Shown piece by piece: positions 25,886 to 37,582 of a DNA stretch of 64,000 bases. How positions within the stretch are numbered: the stretch's first letter is position 1; each line of letters begins with the position of its first letter. The DNA lies in NCBI GenBank assembly GCA_028534125.1, contig CM052837.1:10292001-10356000 (forward strand), in the 5' to 3' direction. Source of the DNA: Lama glama (lineage: Eukaryota). A model generated the notes under the pieces. The model was not told the DNA's origin. It saw only the letters and a list, made by a program, of their open reading frames with translations, and searched no databases. A program made the translations under genes and the position numbers.

Positions 25886-26370
25886 TGTCAATGAAAATAA
25901 TCAATAATCAAGTAAGAATTGAAAAGAGTTTTATTTGAACCTGAGGACTAGCCTGGAAGCCAGCTCTGGGGAAACAAGGTTTTCAGCATGGTTTTATATC
26001 TTGTCAGAACAAAAACATTAACAAGTTAGGGATGCATTTCTTCAAGGTTTAAAAAAAAATTCTCAAAACAGACCAGCGTGTACATGTATAGCACGTACAG
26101 TAGGGCCTCGGCACCTGGGAAGGGAGTCTTATCATCAAAGGAGGATCAGCATGGGCGTCCCAGGAAGAGGGACATTTAATCTTTATTTTTAACGTGGACA
26201 TTCTTTACTTCAGGTCACTGTGCCCTTTTCTTTAGTAATCAAAGCAGATGTACAACGTATGTTTAATAAGCCACAAACAGCCTATTTTAGTTAACATAAA
26301 ATTCAAGTTAGCTCATGTGTAAGCCAGAATGACTTCCCTGTATGTGAAGATGTGCAAATTTCTTTTATCA
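25886..26370 (-). mobile_element. ERV1-class solo LTR
   Basis: TG...CA ends (TGTCAATGAAAATAATC...TCTTTTATCA). Antisense AATAAA near the left end. Terminal similarity to the LTR at 41.1-41.6 kb. Confidence 0.7.
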
Positions 26371-26849
26371 AAGGATTCTAGCTATTTGCTCATGAATAGC
26401 CAGATGAAGGTAAAGAGTGAGCTGGGGCAGGCTGAATCTTGATTCCAGAGTATTGTCTTAAACATCCCTCTCAACCAGTCCACTAGGTTCTGACCCCTCA
26501 GTTACCTCTTTTCACATTTCTTGGTGCTAATAAAGTTGGTTGAGATTAGTTTCTCGTGAAATATTCCCTAGTAGGTAGCTTTATTATATTATATTATATT
26601 TATTATATTCTAGTTATTATTTAACAGTTATTTTCCCCTTAAAATTAAAATTAAAAATGACAAATACAGATTCTGATGGTAGATAAAATCATGTCTTAAA
26701 GTTCAGAGAATGAATACATGCCAACTCGAGAGATCATAATTAATAATTTCAAAAGATGTACAGAGCCAGATACCTAAATCAATGATGTACCTCTGTTGGT
26801 TCCAGAGCTTCCCAATTGAAACCTGAAGCTGACCTCTCCCGACCCCCCT

Positions 26850-27224
26850 GCCCCAAGGAGAGACTGGAGAAAGGGGCAGAGGACTCCAGATTGGTAAGAC
26901 TGGCAGATGGCAGGTTTAAAAAGCAAGGGAACTTACATAGCAGGCTTGTCTTGGGTGCACTGCAAGACAGGTAGAAGTCTGCATCAGATTCTTAGAAGTT
27001 CATCCAGAAGCCCTAACTGGGTTCAGTCATGTATCCTGTCCAGATGGTCCCCACAGCACGTGGTCTCTTGAGGCTGTATGTATCCTTGGAACCGGCTCCC
27101 ACTGTGGGAACAGTGGGCAGCGGATACATTTCAAGGACAGGGGAGAGGGTGAGGAGTATCTGGTTGTCCAGATTCAGCTCGTGGGTCAACTGAAGGTCAT
27201 GTCCTCTTAATTACCTCCTCCAAT
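26850..27224 (-). mobile_element. ERVL LTR (MER74/MER54-like)
   Basis: GGCAGAGGACTCCAG...AAGCAAGGGAACTTACA...TCCTCTTAATTACCTCCTCCAA. Confidence 0.55.
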
Positions 27225-27384
27225 GACTCCCCATTGCTGATTACAAATGAATTTCCAACTTTTAAAACTGAGCCATGGAGAAAATCTATGACATTTAAAA
27301 ATTAAGTTTCTGAAGCCCTCTGACAAGTCAGTGCTGTCCTAGTTTGTGTATTCAAAATTGATACATTCAATAAATGTATTAGTG

Positions 27385-27770
27385 TGCGGGACAAAGTAAC
27401 GTACTAGCCAGGTCCCTCTTAGATAAGGGACCTGTTACCCCAGCTGCAGGGAATACTGCTGGGAAAAGGCCTCTAGCTGTTCTCTCCTTTAGGGAATGCC
27501 TCAGCTTCAGAGAGCTGCCTTATCTCAAGTTCATGCCCCTTGCAAGGAAATTTATGTGCAATGATCAATGTCAGTATATAAAGGTCTGGAAGATTCAAAC
27601 CAACTCAGGACAACCCTGAGGGTCACCCTAGCTCCGGAGCTCCCTGGAGGGCTGGCCAAGACTGTCATTGACCTTCATCATGGTTTGACTTCTACCTCTG
27701 CTCACTCTTGCTCCCGAGTGCTCCCACCTACAAGTGCTTGTCCTTAATCAATATTGTGTTTGCTAAACTC
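27385..27770 (+). mobile_element. ERVL LTR (LTR33-like)
   Basis: GGACCTGTTACCCCAGCTGCAGGG...CCTCAGCTTCAGAGAGCTGCC...CAACTCAGGACAACCCTGAGGGTCACCCTAGCTCC. Confidence 0.7.
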
Positions 27771-29179
27771 TCAAGAAATGGCATTGGATATATAAAAAGA
27801 AAACCCCTAGGACCTAATGCAATGCAGTATTTATGGAAATAGTATTATTATTCATTCATAATGTTTACCTTACATAACTCCAAAATGAATTGGAGGCAAG
27901 TAATAATCACAGCATTTAATCAGCACACCAACCCAAGCCTTATGTAGAACAGGAAAGGTATTTTAAATGATTAAAGTTCAGTATTTCAAAGCAAAATTTT
28001 AAATTGACACCAATCAATCCAAAATAAACAACACCTCTACAAAAATAACTTCTGGCCTTTGCATCTGTGAGAGCACACATACAGGAAAGTAAAAATTATA
28101 GAAAATACTTATGCAAATTATGGTGCAAGAGGGATTGGGGGTGGTAGATGGGTAGTTAGGGCTAGGTGTGTGGCTTAGAAACTAAAAAGATGGACTTAGA
28201 TACTCCTTTAAAGAAATAGGATATGATACAGCAGGACATATTTCTCCTTTATTTATAGGAATATTGAGGGAGGAAAGTAATCATCCATTTATCACATGGT
28301 TTGATAGGGCAGCTACTACATTGGGGGTACTGGGCAAATGGAAAACAAGCAAGAGGGAAATAATACAGCGTACCATTAACTAGAAAACTGTTTAGAGTTA
28401 ATGAGTGTAACAAAGTGCCAATAGATAGAAACCTTCATTTTTTTAATCTGTTACCGAGTTGTGGGATCAGATACCATATCACTAGCTCTCAAGGGTACTG
28501 TTGGGGCAGCTGAGGACAGATATGGGTGACTTCATCATTTCCAAGGTTGAAAGTTCGTGGCTAGCTTTGTGAATCTCTCTCTGTCGTGGTAGTGTGGACA
28601 GTGAATATTCTTGATAATGCTGGTGCCTTCAGGGGTTGGGAAAGGAGTGGGCAATATGAGGGTTTTAAGATGAACCACAAGATATTGCAAGCTTCAACTC
28701 AAACATCACTCATTAGAAAGTGCTACCATCTCTTGGTACATAAATGCCCTACTCTTATGATCTGTCAGTCTTCTTAATTGGGAAAGCCCAGCCTTACCAC
28801 TACATGTACAATAGACATTTTGACCAGTCTGAGTTTTTGTTTCAGACCTGGAAAACCAGGGGACAACCAAGGCAGACTGGTTCAGACCTGAGCAAAGACT
28901 CCGCTACCAATTAGCTTGCTAGCCAACTAGCAAAGTGAGCATGAGAATGTCCAGCTTCCCCTAAGCCTCAAATTCTAAGTGAGAAAGCCAGCTTGCGCTG
29001 GACGCTCAGAGCCCAGCCCTACCGAGATTCCTTCCAGGGTGTGCGCAGCACCCCGAGGGCACCTTCACTTGTAAGCTGCAAGTCTGTAGGTAGGAGGGGC
29101 CTCTCTAGATGCCAGAGAAGGTTTCTCAGCTATCTGATTAAAGGGTGACCACTCAAAGGTCACAGAGAGAGCGATTCTC

Positions 29180-29335
29180 TAGATCCTTGCTACTCTGTGG
29201 TCAGAGGACCAGCAGCATCAGCATCACCTGGGAGCTTGTTTGGTTTGTAGAATCTCAGACCGCAGCCCGGACCAATTGAATCCGAATCTGCATTTTTAAT
29301 TCATAGGCACCTGGAAGTTTGAGAAGCCCGGGTCC
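29180..29335. mobile_element. MER5A hAT-Charlie element
   Basis: GGACCAGCAGCATCAGCATCACCTGGGAGCTTG...GAATCTCAG...GAATCTGCATTTTTAA...AGTTTGAGAAGC. Confidence 0.8.
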
Positions 29336-29829
29336 AGGTGGCAGCAATGAGGCTAGCGGAAGGATCTGCCTCTCAGCCCCGCCCCCTTTCCTCTTAGCTT
29401 TCAGCTTAAGCTCTGCTCAGCACGCTTTGGTCCCGCACAAAATTTCTGCAAACCCAGAGTGTGTGAGGAGGGGGCGTGTAGGAGCTGCCCCGCTGGGGAG
29501 GCTCAGAGGGAAAGTGTCATCAGATTGGCAAAAGGCGGCTTTCTCCAGCTCGGAGCTCCGCGGCGTGAAGACACTCCCCCCTCCCCTACCCCTCCCCCGA
29601 CACCTCGCCACCCCCACCCCCCGCAGCTGCTACCGCCTGCCTCCCGCCGGCTGCCACGAAAACCCGGAACAGCTGCGTGAGCGCCTGGCAAGTCCTCCTA
29701 GGGCGAAGCGGGCAGCTGGGCATGCTCAGTAGCTGGGGGAGGCTTGGGTGGAGAGTAGAAAGCTTTGGCTCAGCCTCCCACCCCCTCCCACCAGCCCCCA
29801 CCCCACTTGCCCCTACCCAGCCGGTAGTA

Positions 29830-29940
29830 GTGGCCCGGCGTGCGCCCGGGGAGACCGGGAACATGGCGCTCCAAGCGATGTAGCAGCCTAGGAGGAGAAG
29901 GGGATGAGGCTCCGCCGCTGCGCTGACAGCCAGCCACCAG
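29830..29940 (+). other. PAK5: non-coding first exon (5' UTR), probably of PAK5/PAK7; the TSS is undetermined and may lie further upstream
   Basis: GGAGACCGGGAACATGGCGCT...TAGCAGC...GAGAAGGGG...CCGCCGCT...GCTGACAGCCAGCCACCAG matches my recollection of the human PAK5 mRNA leader. Donor CAG|GTAGGC. No coding exon follows in 34 kb, which fits a long intron 1. Confidence 0.7.
29863..29883 (+). promoter_or_regulatory. upstream ORF MALQAM* in the 5' UTR
   Basis: ATG GCG CTC CAA GCG ATG TAG in context AACATGG (A at -3, G at +4). Confidence 0.7.
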
Positions 29941-30689
29941 GTAGGCAGGCGCTCCTGGCGGGGGTGCCTGGGTGGATGTGGGTGCGGGGAGGGGCGCTTG
30001 CTGGGTTGCGTACGGAGGGGACCCAGGCATCTCGCTTTGCCTGGAGAGGATGCGAAGCGGACAGCTGTGACAGCGCGTAATTTTCATCTCCTAGGAGATG
30101 CCAAAGGTTGGGGACCGGCTGGCTGGAGCAAAGGGATCCGGGGACCGCCCCCCCGCCCCCCACATCCATGCGCTGCTATCCAGCCTGGGCTTTCTACGTG
30201 TCAAATAAAGGGTAGTTCTTTTCTGCTGGGCAGGAGGGAGAGGGGGAGAACCCTGGATACCAGTCCTGGGAGTGTGCTGGTTCCCCGGACCGCTAGCAAG
30301 CCCAGCACCAGTTCTTTGTGTATACAGCCGCGCACGCCCGGGGCTGCCACGGTGCCTGCTTCTCCCAAGGCGTGTTGGACATATTGCCAGGGCAGGATTC
30401 CCGTATGGTTTTTGTCTCTTGGCAGGTGTGGACTGAAAGATGCAAAGCTGAGCCTTTATGGGGCTGTGTTTTCCTTTGTTACTTGCCTTGGTGTATGTGT
30501 GTGCGTGGTGGGGTGTAATGGAGAGAACTTCTGCTCGTGGGCACGGGTGTGGACAGAGCGTGGAAGAGGATCTTGATTCCAAACTCTTGTCAAAATTGCC
30601 TGCGATGTCAGCCTCCTGGAGGATAAACTTGGAGAGTCCAGAGATCATGAGGGCCTAGTTTGAAGGAGAAGGGTGTTTGCCCTTCCTGA

Positions 30690-30692
<3 letters not shown>

Positions 30693-30725
<33 letters not shown>
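30693..30725. repeat. (TG)n microsatellite
   Basis: About 16 TG units. Confidence 0.95.
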
Positions 30726-30727
<2 letters not shown>

Positions 30728-31699
30728 CTGGAGCTTTAAACCTGGGATGCGAATTAATTCAATTAAGAGAATTTGAAGTATTGGGGCTGTATCTATGGTG
30801 GTCTTTTTTTCAGGCCAAATTAATAGAGAAAAAGAACTTGGCACAAAGCCAGAGGAAAGTGTCATCGTTAATAGTTAATGACAGCTTTGGAAGGCTGAAT
30901 GTACTTTTGGGGAAATCAAGAAGCCTGGCATTCCACAGGGTTCTACCAAGAAATAGCCATAGGGTCCTTGGTAACTCTCACAAAACCTCTCAGAGCGTCC
31001 TTTTCCTTTCTGGGATTTGGTGACATGTGGATACTCTCTCTGACCTGAGTCCAGATGGACTAGACACTCTTTAGAAGTCCCTCTTACACTAGAATTCTAT
31101 GAAATTGGCATCCCATAATAACAGCTCTGCCACCTTGTATCTGTGTATCTCTTTTATTCAGCCATACAAGTCACCGAGTTAGGGAGGAAAGGTAAATTTA
31201 GAATATGCTTTTATTTTTGCCTTATACTTTAAAGGATGGACATCTGTGACTATGAAGTTTAGAGATGCTTCGCTTCATACTTAACAGTATTTATTTTTAT
31301 GGTCTCCTTGGGTGGCAAGAATGAGTCAGTATCGTCGAAATGGGAAATGCTTGAGGAAAATGCATTTAAGTACATTAAAGCCGTAAATGCCCAATCTGAT
31401 GATAATACCTTGACTTGGAATATCTATGTGCAAAGCAGAAGCACTGCTTTAATGGAAGTAGTCGAAGTCGATGGCAAGTTCATGGTGATAGCATTGGTCT
31501 TAGAGTGGAATTTTTGTATTCCTCTGTGAATAGGTAGAGACTGTACTAGGGCCCTGAACTTGTTTTGTTAATAATGTGAGTTTTAACTGTAGGCATGGAA
31601 AACGCAGTCCGGCTGTGTGCCTCTCCCTTCTCCTTCACTTTGTCATTTGACTAAAATGCTGCAGGTGTGCGAGGCAGGTGTTCTAGGGTGTAATATTGT

Positions 31700-31830
31700 C
31701 TTGGTGGTGAGACAGTTGCTCTTGAGCTCTGACTATTCCATATTTGGTTTTGTGATCTTGGGCAAGCTATTTAACTTTCCCAAGCCTCAGTTTCCTCATC
31801 TGTAAAACAAGTCTAGGATTAGTAAGACTT
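31700..31830 (+). mobile_element. MIR SINE
   Basis: TGTGATCTTGGGCAAGCTATTTAACTTTCCCAAGCCTCAGTTTCCTCATCTGTAAAA. Confidence 0.85.
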
Positions 31831-31994
31831 AACCTAAATGGGTAGATGTGTGGATTTCTCAGATTATAAACCACCAAGACAATGGTGGTGATCATTGTAA
31901 GAGGAAGGGAAGTGGATGTTTATTTAACTTCTTCTATGTGCCCTGTATTACACTAATCAGGTTCAAACATGCGATCACACTTAATCTTCCCAAC

Positions 31995-32410
31995 TGGATG
32001 AGTTTCCTGAGGCTGCCTTAACAAATGACCAAAAACAAGGTGGCTTAGAATAGCAGAAATTTATTCTTTCATCATTCTGGAGACTAGAAGCCCATAATCA
32101 CTTTATGTGCAGAGCCACGTGCTCTCTGAAGCTTCAAGATGAGGATCCTTTCTGGCCTCTCCTGGCTTCTTATAGTCCCAGGTATGCCTTGATTTGTAAC
32201 TCTGTAACTCTAATTTTTACCTCCTCCATCACATGGTGAAGTTCCCTTGTCTAAAAGGACACCATTCATACTGGACTTAGGACCCGCTCTAATTCAGTGT
32301 GACCTCATCTTAACTTGGTTACATCTGCAAGGACCCTATTTCCTAATAAGGTCGCATTTATAGCTTTTGGTTGGGCATGAATTTTGGGGGGACAGTATTA
32401 ACTCCAGCAG
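31995..32410 (-). mobile_element. MLT1B/C-type MaLR LTR
   Basis: GTTTCCTGAGGCTGCCTTAACAAATGACC...CAGAAATTTATTCT...TGACCTCATCTTAACTTGGTTACATCTGCAAGGACCCTATTTCC. Confidence 0.85.
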
Positions 32411-32779
32411 ACCCTATGATCTGTATTTAATGACAGTATTAGTATTATGTCAGCATGCCAGCAGAATGTAAATATAGAGAGGTATGTGTTCAGAAGACAC
32501 TTTAAAGCTTATTTAATCCAGCTAATGTATTTGAGGTTTTATAAAACCACACATGGTAGGGAACAGCAGCATTCATAGGTACCTCATTTATACACATGTC
32601 ACTGGCCTGAAAACCAAGACAATCCAGGGTTTCAATCTTGTACAGGTAATATACCTGACATACCCTGTCCCAAGTGGATTTGTTCGTATTGCCTTCCTCC
32701 CTTTTGGCTACCCTCCAACACAATGCAGCAGAAAGCCGTATTAAACAACAAAAAATAACAGCAACAAAAATATCCCAAT

Positions 32780-33480
32780 CTTAACACCTTTCTAATCTTT
32801 CTTGTCTTGATAAATGGCACTACTGTCCATGGAGTTGTCAGAAACTCAGGAATCATCTTTGATACCTCTGTTCCCTTTGCCTGCCATATCTAAGACTACC
32901 GTGAAGTCTTGAAAGTGCTGTCTTCTGCATTTATCTCTAAAAGCTTGATAGCTTCTTCTCTCCATCCGCCCACCCCTCACCACCATCAAACTTCAAGCCA
33001 TCATCTGTCAGTTGGTCCAGTAGAATAACTTTCCAACAAGATCCCTGATTCCCTGCTTGACCCCTCAAATCCTTCATCTAGAGCAGACTGGATCATGTCA
33101 GTCCCCTGCATAAAATGCGTTTACATACCTGGGCCGGCTTCCAGAGATGATAGGAGCCTTGGGGACTTTGCTGGCCTCCTCTTGGGCATCTCTTCTTCTT
33201 ATTGCTGTTACACTGATCTGTTTCTTGAATATCCCAAGTACTTCCCCCTTACTTTGCCAGTCCAAGCTGTACTCACCCTTTGGGCCTCTTTGATTTCCTT
33301 TCCTCGCTAACCCAAATCTCTCATCACCCCTTTCCTTTCCTTCCATAGCACTGATCTCACTCTGCAACTTCCTATTTATTCATTTGGCTATTTAATGTCT
33401 GTACACTCTGTGATAGCCATTTGTTATGTGTCTTTCATGTAGAAGATGCTTAATAAATGCCGAATGAGTGAAGGAATAAA
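32780..33480 (+). mobile_element. L2 LINE 3' region
   Basis: TAAATGGCACTACTGTCCAT...GGAATCATCTTTGA...GCTTAATAAATGCCGAATGAGTGAA. Confidence 0.7.
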
Positions 33481-34449
33481 TACTCTTCCTCATGGCATTT
33501 TGCCATGCCAATTTAAAGTTCTTTAGAAACTTTTTTCTTTACTAACATATAAAAAGATGCAATTTAGAACCTCATTCTGACTTCAAGGGAAGAGTATTCT
33601 TGTCTTTGACAAATGCATCTTCTATGAATCGATTTCAAGTGAGCAGTTAAAGAACTGAGTCAAAATATCTTCTGGCAACTGAAGCTTTTATAAAAACACA
33701 TCAGTCAGTCAACAAACATTTCACAGATATTTATTGGATGTTAATATTTCCCATGCTAGGTCTTAGAAAGACAGTGCTGAACTAGACTTTTAGCCTTCTA
33801 GAGATGAATAATAATAAACAATAAATAATCACCATGTGTAATAATAATTAATAACATTGACCAAGTTCTCTTTAGTCCCTGTTCCTACTCATTATTATAG
33901 ATGGCTCTCCAATCTTTCCAATAACACAGAATCCAAACTAGATGCACAACAAATATTTGATGAATTCATAATTAGTAGATACGATTATCCTGATCTTTCA
34001 AAGTAGGAAACTCATGCTTATCTGGGGAAAAACGAATCTGCTCATCTATAGGAATGCATGTGATTGCTTTCTGAATATAACTGGGTGGACCCTGTTCTGC
34101 TTTAAAAATTATCCTGCCTCTTTCTGGGGCTAAACTTACTCTTTATATGAGAATAAGTTCCTAGTAGATTTCTTTGTCTTCCCCAGTGGTCAAGATTCTT
34201 AATCACCAGCTGAATTGTCTCATTTGTCTTGTTTCATCTAAGTGAGAGGTGACTTAATCTCTCTTGTTTAGGGCCCCTTTTGGTAGTTTTGAACAGGTAC
34301 ACTGAGTACCAGAGAGAAATGAATGTGGTTCAACACAGGAACACAGGTTATATTTTGGATTTCTAGGGTGGCCTCAATTCCATGTCATTTTAGTAGTTGC
34401 ATAAAAGATGATTTTTCAAAATAAATAAAAAGTATCATTTAATGCATAT

Positions 34450-36440
34450 GATTAAATATTAAATTCTCACCTAAGCAACAAAAAAATCAAACGCCGTGTC
34501 TTGATATTGTTTAATAGCAATGGATACACAGTTGGGTCAACTAAAACCTAAAAGAACTAGTAAGAGATTTAAGTAAGGTGATTGGTTATAAGATACATGT
34601 TCAAAAATGAGAGATTACGTCAAATGCCAGTATTTAACAACTAAAAAATTTCAATAGAAAATGACTCTGTTCATGAATCCATAAAAATAAATATTATCTT
34701 GAAAAATAGGAAATGTACATAAAACACTTGGGAAAAATAAGAAATGTCTAAGGACTTATATAAGGAAGCTATAAAATTTTACTCAGATACACAAAATAAG
34801 AAACAAACAAATGAAAATGTACCTTATTCTTGGGTAGAAAGATGGATAGTGTGATATGGTTATTTTTCCATGGTCAGTTATATGGTTTTAATGCATTGGG
34901 ATTTGGGAAAACATGACAAAATGATTCTAACTTTCATCTGGAAGAATAACTATATGTCAATAGTCAAGAAAACTTTGCAAAAGAATACATATGGGGATGG
35001 GGGTGGGTTGCCTTTCCTGAAATAAAAATAAATCTGATCATGGAATTACAGTCACTTAGCAGGGTCATACCGGTGTAAAAATCAATACATAGCTCAATGG
35101 GATAGAGTAGCCTGGAAATAGACTCAGGTAGTTTTTGGAAGCAGAACTGTGATGGAGAAAGCATTTTGAAACGGGAATATTTGACAAAAGAGTAAAGGAA
35201 ATTGGCTAAGTGTGTAGAAAACACCCAGCTAGGAACCTCTGTTTACAGTGACTCACTAGACTAGATTCCAAATTGAAAAGTTTTATCTGATAGAGGAGAA
35301 AGCTAGCAGAAAACATTTAATAATTTTAGAGGAGTGACTTTTCCATTTAAAATTAATGGGAAGAATTACAAGGCAAAAGACAGGTCTGAATACTTTTTTT
35401 TTACATTTTTATTGATTCATAATCATTTTACAGTGTTGTGTCAAATTCCAGTGTTCAGTACAATTTTTCAGTCATACTTTTTAAACTTCTGCATGCAAAA
35501 ACTAAAGTAGAAAGTAGTCTAAAAGTAGAAAGTAATCATGGAGAAAAATTATGACACCAAGCATGACAGAACAGTTCATATAATGATCACACTGAAGAGC
35601 TCTTGGACATCAGCAAGTAGAAAATAAGACCCCAACAGAATTGTCCAAATATCTGAATAATTCAAAAGGAAGAAATAAAAAGGCTAATATACATATTTAA
35701 TAAATACTCTTACTATTAATCACAGAAATGCAAATTAAAGCAAAAATGAGATGGCTGTGTTTCATGTATTAAACTATATGTATATATACACATATATATA
35801 TATACACATATATATACATATATATATACACACATATATAAATAAATAAATAAAATACTCAGTAACTGACAAGGACATTCTCATTACTATCGGTGGAAGA
35901 ATTACATGATGCAATCTTCCTGGAGAACAATTTGAAAATAATACGCAAGAAGCTTTTAAAAGTTCAGATTATTTGACACAAGTGTTTCTCTAGTTTTTTA
36001 TTTTAGTCTTTGTTAAGGAAGTAGATGCAGACAGAAACTTACATGGAGGATCGTTTAATATGCTAAAATAAAAAAAAATTGAAAACAACCTATGTAAAAA
36101 GTTGGGGGCTAGTTAAAGATATTTTAAAGTCCCCCAAAGGATAAACGGTGACACAGATATTTAAAAGTGATAATTTTGAAGATTAATAACTTGAAAAAAC
36201 CTTCACAACAATTTTAACTGGAAATAACCAATTGCTCTTCTGTCTTGTAATGATGGTATTTCCATTTCACAAAACATGTAGGCATAGTAAAAACTGGAAC
36301 AAAAACTGAAAGTTAGACAGGGTCTGTGTGGTAGAAATATGGATGGCTTTTATTTTTTTCATAGCTTTCTGAATTTTTCAAAATGTAGTCAGTGATAACA
36401 TACTGTTTTACATGTTAGAAAAAATACCCACTGTTTTTAC
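34450..36440 (+). mobile_element. old degenerate L1 (L1ME-like) ORF2 and 3' region
   Basis: GACAAAATGATTCTAACTTTCATCTGGAAGAA; CAGAAATGCAAATTAAAGC; GAAAACAACCTATG. Confidence 0.75.
35399..35473 (-). mobile_element. ~75-bp young L1 3' tail nested in the old L1
   Basis: ATTGATTCATAATCATTTTACAGTGTTGTGTCAAATTCC. TSD ATACTTTTT at 35390-35398 and 35474-35482. Confidence 0.8.
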
Positions 36441-37229
36441 AAATATGGTGATGATACACATTTAGGTTATAAGTATTCATTTATGTGACATTCATTGATT
36501 ATCGCTTATGTAAGGGGCTCTGCCAAGTGTATCAGCAGTGATTCTTAGTTTGCATGCAAATAAAAGAGACTCTAACTTGGGCAAAAAAGAATTTACTAGA
36601 AGGTTATCAGGTAGTGCTAGAAGTGGGGGTGTACCCAAAAAACAACCACCACTACCACTAAAAGCAGGCTTGGAAGCAAACCAGAACTAGCCAGTTCCAG
36701 TTCTCTAGTCTCTGGATATCAGAGACTAGAGAAACAGTCGCCCCACACCCATCTCACTCAGCATCAGAGAGTGACTGGCCATCCCACTGCCCCTTTTCCA
36801 ATGAGAGAACCAAAATAGATGGGATTGGTGCTAAACAACCAAAACCAAACCAAACAAAAAGAATAAAAATGCCCATTAGCCCAGGACTTGCAGGCCAGTA
36901 GGGCTGACTAGCATCCTTCCCTCCAGAGGGAACACCTGCTGAGATTCAGAATCACAAATAATGCGAGGTCCATGATACAGTATGCACAGTGGTGCTCCAT
37001 ATAGGACACGCTATTTTCTCTTGGGGTCAGCAGGACATGTCCTGAAGAAGGTGGCTTTTCAGACTTGATCTTCATGTCTGGGCAGGAGTTTCGAAGGGAA
37101 GACAACCATTCTCAGGTGAGACGGGGGCCAGTGAAAGGATTATCCAAAAGCGACAGTTTAGCAGAAGCAAGAGGTATAGTTGGGAAATAGATGGGGCACT
37201 AGCACAAGTCTAGGCTGCTGCTGCTGCTT

Positions 37230-37582
37230 CTTTTTTTTTTTTTTTAATTGAAGTATAGTCAGTTTACAATGTTGCATCAGTTTCTGGTGTGCAGCATAAT
37301 GTTTCAGTCATCCACATACATATGTATATTCCTTTTCATGTTCTTTTTTATTATAGGTTACTACAAGATATTGAATATGGTTCCCAGTGCTATACAGTAG
37401 GACCTTGTTATTTATCTATTTATATATAGTAGTTAGTGTCTGCAAATTCCAGACTCTCAATTTATCCCTCCCCTTTTCCCCTCATCCCCAGTAACCATAA
37501 GTTTGTTTTTGATGTCTGTGAGTCTGTTTCTGTTTTGTAAATAAGTTCATTTGTATCTTTATTTTTAATATTCCACATACAA
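37230..37582 (-). mobile_element. L1 3' end
   Basis: Poly-T, then AATTGAAGTATAGTCAGTTTACAATG...TGTGAGTCTGTTTCTGTTTTGTAAATAAGTTCA...TTCCACATAC. Confidence 0.9.

Larger units (their letters stand above)
29340..30560 (+). promoter_or_regulatory. PAK5: CpG-island promoter of the gene whose first exon ends at 29940
   Basis: Abrupt rise in GC and CpG. GC boxes at 29377-29386 and 29471-29478, reverse CCAAT (ATTGG) at 29524-29528, no TATA box. The gene name rests on the recalled exon match. Confidence 0.85.

Noticed and set aside
29040-30560. REST/RE1 site search (CAGCACC and GGACAG half-sites)
   Set aside because: Only scattered half-sites; no correctly spaced full motif.
29998-30648. 192-aa (+) and 185-aa (-) ORFs in the CpG island
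   Set aside because: Non-ATG or weak starts, Pro/Gly/Arg-rich composition expected from GC-rich DNA, and no recognisable domain.
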